Shown here: piece by piece, positions 26,339-32,000 of the stretch
Numbering within the stretch: the stretch's first letter is position 1
Layout: each line of letters begins with the position of its first letter
Assembly (NCBI RefSeq): GCF_004376175.1
Contig: NZ_SNUY01000014.1
Span: 30,001-62,000, forward strand
DNA: 32,000 nt
From: Halalkalibacterium halodurans
GTDB taxonomy: Bacteria > Bacillota > Bacilli > Bacillales > Bacillaceae_D
Direction of reading: 5' to 3'
Program-made: the position numbers and the translations under genes
Notes under the pieces: generated by a model
What the model was told of the DNA's origin: nothing
The model's database searches: none
What the model saw: only the letters and a program-made list of their open reading frames with translations

Positions 26339-27370
26339 ATGTTGTTATTAGAAGCAAAACAACTCGAGAAAACATACGGGGATCGCCAGGTGATACAGGC
26401 GGAAGAGCTCTTCGTCTACGAAGGGGACCGAATTGGAGTGGTCGGGAAAAACGGGGAAGGAAAATCGACCTTGCTCAAAATGTTGGCTGGCGTGCTAGCT
26501 TCAGATGGCTCTGGCTTTGTGAAGGCTTATGGAGACATCGCCTATATCCCCCAGCTTGAGGATCGTGATGCGAGCCTCGATGGACGAGTGAAAAAGCAGT
26601 GGAATGTTTCTCAGGCTTCAAACGAAAGGATGAGCGGTGGGGAACAAACGAGAAAAAAGATTGCCCAAGCCCTTTCCACATCGGCAAAGATACTCATTGC
26701 AGACGAGCCAACAAGTCACCTCGATTTGAAAGGAATTGAAAAGCTAGAAGCTGAGCTTATTCATTTTCCAGGAGCCCTCATTCTCATTTCTCATGATCGT
26801 GAGCTATTAAATCGTGTCTGTACGTCGGTATGGGAAGTGGAATCTGGCGAAGTGAATCAATATGACGGAAATGTGGATGCCTATTTACAGCAAAAGGAGC
26901 ACGAGCGCGAGAGGCAACAATTTGAATATGTACAGTTTCAGAAAGAGAAAAAGCGACTCGAGGAGGCGGCAAGGAAACAGAGCGAAACATCGAAATCGCT
27001 CCGCAAGGCACCGAAACGGATGGGCAACTCAGAAGCCAGGCTTCATAAGCGGAGTGTCGGTCAAAAGAAGGCGAAGCTTGACAACCGAGCCAAGGCCATT
27101 CGCAGCCGAATCGAGCAATTAGACGTGAAGGAAAAACCGAAAGAGGCCAAACCGATTCAGTTCGATGTCCAAACGTTTCAGGCGATGCATAGCAAGACGG
27201 TCCTTTCATTCGAAAATGTCACGATTCAAGTTGGAGAATCGTTGCTAGTCTCACGTATCTCTGGATCCATTCAACCGGGAGATAAGCTAGCGATCACAGG
27301 TCCGAATGGCGCAGGAAAGACGACGCTTCTTCATCTGATTGAAAAGGCAAACGCACCAGGTATAAAACTT
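26339..27370 (+). pseudogene. ARE-type ABC-F ribosomal-protection ATPase, N-terminal 344 codons (NBD1, long linker, Walker A of NBD2), interrupted by IS256-family element
   Basis: NBD1 has GKNGEGKSTLLK, MSGGEQTRKKIA and LIADEPTSHLD. A roughly 80-aa Lys/Arg/Glu-rich interdomain linker follows, then NBD2 Walker A GPNGAGKTTLL. There are no TM segments. The ORF runs 24 nt into the IS before stopping. Confidence 0.85.
27363..27370. repeat. Left copy of 8-bp target-site duplication TAAAACTT of the IS256-family element
   Basis: It is identical to 28822-28829 and abuts the IS inverted repeat. Confidence 0.8.
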
Positions 27371-27476
27371 GAGAGTATAAAATATTTTGTGTAAATGAAA
27401 ATTCCATGTAAAAAGGAAGACCCTTTCTTGGTAGAATAAAGTCACCATAACCAATTCTAGAAAAGAGGTCTTCCCT

Positions 27477-28673
27477 ATGAATCAGTTTACAACAAAAATT
27501 GTCGATGCACTAGTAAAAAAACAAGATATTACAGAGGTTTTTCGTTCGCACTTGGAAATGGCGATTAACTCGTTACTTGCGACAGAACTAACGGAATTTC
27601 TGGACTATGAAAAATACGATCGTATCGGGTTCAACTCAGGCAATTCTCGCAATGGGTCTTATTCGCGTACACTTCACACGGAGTACGGCGATTTAACGCT
27701 TCAAATCCCGCGTGATCGCAACGGCGAGTTCAAGCAACAGACAGTGGCACCGTATAAGCGCTCGAACGATACGCTGGAAGAAACCGTGATTCACCTGTTC
27801 AAAAAAGGCATTACGATGGCGGAAATTGCGCAATTAATCGAGAAAATGTATGGGCATCACTATACGCCGCAAACGATTTCGAATATGACAAAGGCTGTTT
27901 CAGAAACGGTAGAAGCCTTTAATAACCGTCCGTTGCACAATCGTTACGTAGTCGTGTATTTAGACGCGACATACATTGCCGTGCGTCGTGATACGGTGTC
28001 AAAAGAAGCCGTTTATATTGCGGTTGGCATTCGTGAAGACGGCTCCAAAGAAGTGCTTGGCTATACGATTGCCCCAACGGAATCTGCTTACAACTGGCAG
28101 GAGCTATTAGAAGAGCTGAAGGACCGTGGTGTAAAAGACGTGCTGTTATTCGTATCAGACGGCTTAAAAGGCATGGCAGACGCTGTGTTCAACGTGTTTC
28201 CAAAGGCAAAGTATCAAGTGTGCCTTGTCCATGTGGCGCGCAACATCATGCATAAAGTACGCGTAGAAGATCGCAAGGAAGTATGCGAGGACTTTAAAAC
28301 GATTCACCAGGCAAAGGACGCCGAAGCAGCGAAAGAAGCGCTCGAGACGTTTTGCGAAAAATGGGGCAAATCGTATAAAAAGGTCGCACAAGGCTTACGA
28401 GAAAACCCGTATTTACTAACGTTTTACAGCTTTCCCAAGGCGATTTGGCGAAGCATTTATTCAACGAATTTAATCGAATCGTTGAATAAGCAAATCAAGA
28501 AATATACAAAGCGCAAGGAACAGTTCCCAAATGAAGAATCATTGGAGCGCTTTTTAGTGACGCAGTTCGAGGACTACAATCAACGTTTCGCCACGCGCTG
28601 CCACATTGGCTTCAATCAGGCCCGTGCGGAGCTAGAAGAGATGTTTGAGCAGCTGCACGAACCGGCAAACTAG
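27477..28673 (+). CDS. IS256-family (Transposase_mut) transposase
   Basis: The 398-aa product has EFLDYEKYDR...NSRNGSYSRTLHTEYGDLTLQIPRDRNGEF, VVYLDATYIAVRRD, FVSDGLKG and STNLIESLNKQIKK. Confidence 0.92.
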   Translation: MNQFTTKIVDALVKKQDITEVFRSHLEMAINSLLATELTEFLDYEKYDRIGFNSGNSRNGSYSRTLHTEYGDLTLQIPRDRNGEFKQQTVAPYKRSNDTLEETVIHLFKKGITMAEIAQLIEKMYGHHYTPQTISNMTKAVSETVEAFNNRPLHNRYVVVYLDATYIAVRRDTVSKEAVYIAVGIREDGSKEVLGYTIAPTESAYNWQELLEELKDRGVKDVLLFVSDGLKGMADAVFNVFPKAKYQVCLVHVARNIMHKVRVEDRKEVCEDFKTIHQAKDAEAAKEALETFCEKWGKSYKKVAQGLRENPYLLTFYSFPKAIWRSIYSTNLIESLNKQIKKYTKRKEQFPNEESLERFLVTQFEDYNQRFATRCHIGFNQARAELEEMFEQLHEPAN

Positions 28674-28694
28674 ACCGGGACGCGCCAGCGCGAA

Positions 28695-28740
28695 ATTTGA
28701 GTGTGTAGGAAAGGGCTAGCCCTTTCCTACACACTCAAAT
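28695..28740. repeat. 46-nt perfect palindrome inside the IS256-family element, between transposase stop and right IR
   Basis: ATTTGAGTGTGTAGGAAAGGGCT|AGCCCTTTCCTACACACTCAAAT is its own reverse complement. No T-tract follows. Confidence 0.9.
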
Positions 28741-28821
28741 CAACACTTCGAACAAGTGACACAGGTGATGATCTACCTTGAACGGGTAAATGGTCATTTA
28801 CACAAAATTATTGACAGTACC

Positions 28822-28829
28822 TAAAACTT
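28822..28829. repeat. Right copy of 8-bp target-site duplication TAAAACTT
   Basis: It is identical to 27363-27370. Confidence 0.8.
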
Positions 28830-29414
28830 GCCAGACCAGCCGTTTTGGCAACATTTCATCAACGGCTCGAACAATTAGACGAGGAGCGCTCGATCCTAGA
28901 AAATGTGTCTGACTCAAGTGCTTATGAGGAAACGTTTGTACGGACGGTTTTAGCTCGGCTACTGTTTAGGGAGGAAGAAGTCCATAAAAAGGTCGGTGTC
29001 CTTAGCGGTGGTGAGCGGATGAAGGTGGCGCTAGCCAACGTTTTATTAAGCCAGGCAAATGTTCTCCTTTTAGATGAACCGACCAATTATTTAGATCTCC
29101 AGTCAAGGCAAGCCCTTGTGGATGTACTGCAAGCCTATCCCGGTACCGTCGTATTTGTGACCCATGATCGGCATCTCCTCCAATCGGTTGCCACCCATGT
29201 CCTTCCTTTAGAGAAAGGGGTGATTACTGAGGTAGGGAGAAGAACGACTGCACCTGTAATGAAAAAGGACAAGGAGCTCTTAACGATTGAAATCGAGTTA
29301 ACGGAAACGATTAGCAAGCTATCAATTACTACTGATGAAGCAGAAAAAGATGCGCTTGAGAAACGATATGAGCAGTTGCTTGAGAAAAAAAGATCTCTTG
29401 CAAAGCGAAGCTAG
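28830..29414 (+). pseudogene. ARE-type ABC-F ATPase, C-terminal 194 codons (rest of NBD2 and C-terminal extension)
   Basis: LSGGERMKVALA, LLLDEPTNYLDL and VTHDRHLL. The frame at 28830 is continuous with the codon ending at 27370 once the IS and one TSD copy are removed. Confidence 0.85.
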
Positions 29415-29426
29415 GGAGAGTTCTTG

Positions 29427-29459
29427 AACCAGCCACGTGATGATACGTGGTTGGTTTTT
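29427..29459 (+). terminator. Intrinsic terminator after the ABC-F gene
   Basis: AACCAGCCACGT-GATGAT-ACGTGGTTGGTT is followed by TTTT. Confidence 0.75.
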
Positions 29460-29559
29460 ACGTTCTCAGTGGCATTAATTAGACGGCCATTCGCTTTTGG
29501 TATAGCTTCCAAAATGTAGCGAATAAAAGTCAAAAGAAATGTAAAAAGGGGTAGCTTCG

Positions 29560-31179
29560 ATGCTGAAAAGTGGTTTTTTCGTTCGAAACGGAAGCGGAAA
29601 CAAAAAGAGGTTGTTCATGAAGTGGGGTTTCAAGCAGATAAGCGACCACTTCAAAAAAACTTAGACGAAATGATTCACAGCATTCGTCATGAGCTCGGAG
29701 ATTGTCCGGACGTTGTGGTACGCATGTTTCATGTTGGCCACAAGCAAAAAAGACGGGTTGCGGCGATTTACATAGAGGGCATTATAGATGAGGAAAAGGT
29801 AAATGATTTTGTCGCCCGTTCCTTGCTGCTTGAATCTGTAGAAGCTGATGCTCCGCGAGGAAAAGGCTCTACCACGAGTCAAGTAAAGTGGATATACAAT
29901 ATGATTTGGAAGCGAGCGCTAACAGTCGGCGATGTAAAAGACATTAATGAATGGAATGGGATGATCTATTGCATTTTATCTGGGGATGTCGTCATTTTGA
30001 TTGACGGCTGTGCCACAGCGATCGTCGGGAGCACGAGAGGCGGGGAAACGAGAAGCATCTCGGAACCGAAAACTGAGGTAAACATTCGGGGGCCGCTTGA
30101 CAGCTTTACGGAATCGATCGGAAAAAAATACATCGCTCATCCGCAGGCGGTTAAAAAGCCCAAATTTGCGCCTGGAACGGATGCGCGTCGGAAAAATTTC
30201 GCAGACAGAAATTTCTCTCATTTATTTAAAAGGAATTGCGGAAGATCGATTGGTTGCTGAAATTAAACAACGATTAAATGATATTCAAATTGATGCCATT
30301 CTGGAATCAGGAAATCTTGAGGAACTAGTGCAAGATGAAACGTTTACACCATTCCCGACGGTGTTCAACACAGAGCGCCCAGATGTAGCGGTTGGTAACT
30401 TACTTGAAGGACGAATTGCTCTACTTGTTGACGGGACACCTAATACTCTCATCTTGCCGACGACATTCTCGCAGTTCTTCAAAGCAGCAGAAGATTATTA
30501 CCAGCGATTTGACTTTGCGGTTTTTATGCGACTGATTCGCTATTTTAGCTTTTTTACCCTTTTGCTCCTTCCATCTATTTATATCTCGGTGACCGCTTAC
30601 CATCATGAAATGATTCCAACACCGCTAGCGATCAATTTAGTCGCTCAGCGTGAAGGGGTTCCGTTCCCGGTTGTGTTCGAAGCTTTACTAATGGAAGTGG
30701 CCTTTGAAACGATGCGAGAAGCGGGTACTCGCATGCCGCGAGCGGTTGGTCAAGCCGTCTCGATCGTCGGGGCCGTTGTGCTCGGTCAAGCGGCAGTTGA
30801 AGCGGGGATTGTCACCGCGATGATGGTCATTATTGTGGCATTCACGGGAATTGCTAGCTTCACAATGCCTGGCTTCACCTTGGCGACTTCGGCACGATTG
30901 ATTCGTTTTCCGATGATGCTGGCGGCAGCGACACTTGGGTTTTATGGCGTGATTATGGGTGTCATTTTACTCGTGGCCCACATGTCGAGCTTGCGGTCTT
31001 TTGGCATTCCATATTTGTCTCCGTTTGCGCCATTCGGCTTCAAGCATCAAAAGGATACGATCTGGCGTATCCCTTTCAAGAAACCTACAACCCGTCCAGA
31101 TATGAAAAATTCGGTTCATCATGATGTAAGTTCTTCTTCAAGTCAAAGTTCACAAAAAATAGAGTCTCGGAATAAATAA
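29560..31179 (+). pseudogene. Spore germination receptor A subunit (GerAA/GerKA family) with reading frame broken at two A7 runs
   Basis: Middle segment: VAAIYIEGIIDEEKV, ILSGDVVILIDG, RSISEPKTEVNIRGPLDSFTESI. In the next frame: NTSLIRRRLKSPNLRLE...ISLIYLKGIA...ERPD...LLEGRIALLVDGTP...PFPVVFEALLMEV plus TM helices. The frames switch at AAAAAAA 30122-30128. A probable true start, ATG 29560 (SD AAAAGGGG), is in the same frame as the 3' part and is lost at AAAAAAA 29653-29659. Confidence 0.8.
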
Positions 31180-31312
31180 CAATTTTCCGGGTGAAATGAA
31201 CCAAAATTACTGGAAATTGGATTGGAATGGCCTGCACACTCATTATTTTCATTGTATTTTCAAAAATGTGCATGACAAAGAAACCTATTGCCATTATTTT
31301 TTTAAAAATTGA

Positions 31313-32000
31313 CTAGGCGGCTTTAGGAAAGATGATTTCTTCAATATTTAACTGCTCTTTCTGACTGCTGTACCAAGCATCGATGTGCTGACACATCATT
31401 ATGGCGTATAGGCGAATGTACCACATTTTTGTTGACCGGTGGCGTCCAGATTCCAAGTGATAATCTATTTTTTCTCTTTTATTAGAACGTTCAACAGAGG
31501 TTCTTCGTTTGTATATAAGTTTCCACTTTTCAGAGGACCTTGGTGTTTTGGTAAATAATCGTAGATTATCCTCTCTGAATGTATGGAATGTCCGACCATA
31601 TTTTGCTTTTGAACACGGTGATGAGCATGTATTTTTGGTACCGCAAGCAAGTGGACAACGCCATTTTTGCCGATTTTGAGATTTGTCAAACCCGTTGGGC
31701 TTCATCTCCTTCCCAATCGGACAGATTGGAACACCTGTTGGAGATATTTGAATATCACTTTCTGTACTAAAGTTCTTCTTTGTTCGAACATTTAAATCGA
31801 TGAAGGGTTCCACATTTTGATGTTCAAGTAGCTCATAAATGGCCTCAGCATCGTGCGCTGCATCAAGAAGAATTTTATCAATCGTGCCCAAGGTGTACCG
31901 TTGCGAAAATTCAATTGAACTAACCACTAGGCTGACTGAATCATGCCGGGAAGCAGGATGCAGCCGTGGATATAGCGGTAAGTCGTATTGGCTATCGCTA
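31313..32000 (-). CDS. IS4-superfamily DDE transposase, C-terminal part (N-terminus beyond window end)
   Basis: The minus-strand frame is open to base 32000. DAAHDAEAIYELL (second Asp region), a Cys-rich insert (CPIG...CPLAC...C) and a Y-2-R-3-E-6-K signature in IYKRRTSVERSNKREK. Confidence 0.75.
   Translation of the reverse strand, partial: SDSQYDLPLYPRLHPASRHDSVSLVVSSIEFSQRYTLGTIDKILLDAAHDAEAIYELLEHQNVEPFIDLNVRTKKNFSTESDIQISPTGVPICPIGKEMKPNGFDKSQNRQKWRCPLACGTKNTCSSPCSKAKYGRTFHTFREDNLRLFTKTPRSSEKWKLIYKRRTSVERSNKREKIDYHLESGRHRSTKMWYIRLYAIMMCQHIDAWYSSQKEQLNIEEIIFPKAA

Larger units (their letters stand above)
27371..28821 (+). mobile_element. IS256-family insertion sequence (1451 bp)
   Basis: Imperfect terminal IRs: GAGAGTATAAAATATTTTGTGTAAATGA (left) against the reverse complement of the right end, GGTACTGTCAATAATTTTGTGTAAATGA (inner 15 nt identical). 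There is an 8-bp TSD and a single mutator-type transposase. Confidence 0.88.

Noticed and set aside
29460-29559. Possible forespore (sigma-G-type) promoter upstream of the ger gene: GTATA ... 17 nt ... AATAAAA.
   Set aside because: The -10 region matches the CATxxTA-type consensus poorly, so there is too little information to call it.
1-32000. Search for CRISPR arrays, tRNA/rRNA genes, riboswitch-like leaders (for example cobalamin upstream of cbiA) and tandem repeats.
   Set aside because: No regularly spaced direct repeats, no cloverleaf-like or rRNA-like segments, and no conserved riboswitch cores were recognised. Intergenic regions other than the ABC-F leader are short.

Overview
The window looks like Firmicute (Bacillaceae-like) chromosome: AGGAGG-type Shine-Dalgarno sites, and Sfp, GerA, YjoA/DinB and PBP2-type genes. 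It has two compositionally different halves.

(1) Bases 1 to about 14.7 kb are AT-rich and hold the distal end of a secondary-metabolite locus. It starts with a cyclic-peptide-type ABC exporter (5' end outside the window), an MbtH-like protein and an unusual 141-aa carrier protein. A tightly packed, same-strand, dissociated type II PKS/FAS-like cassette follows: FabG-type KR, ACP, KS-alpha, a Cys->Gln KS-beta/chain-length-factor, FabZ-type dehydratase, fatty acyl-AMP ligase, class III aminotransferase and aldehyde dehydrogenase. No enoyl reductase, acyltransferase or thioesterase is visible. An IS6-family element with an 8-bp target duplication sits exactly in the former ATGA stop/start overlap between the aminotransferase and the ALDH. 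IS3 and ISL3 fragments and an Sfp-type PPTase close this block. This cassette is the best candidate for an undescribed system, probably making a modified, amino-functionalised or unsaturated acyl tail for an NRPS product encoded upstream.

(2) Bases about 14.9 to 32 kb are GC-richer. They carry:
- a GrpB plus WYL/YafY regulator operon
- two DinB-family genes (one frameshifted in a G7 run), a Nudix hydrolase and a class B PBP
- a secreted lipase-like hydrolase
- a small His/Cys protein next to a stand-alone cbiA
- a 99-aa acidic protein with a triple repeat
- an ARE-type ABC-F gene with a long structured leader, cleanly split by an IS256-family element (8-bp TSD, in-frame on reconstruction)
- a GerA-family A-subunit gene broken at two A7 runs
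- the 3' part of an IS4-superfamily transposase running off the window

I saw no rRNA, tRNA or CRISPR array.
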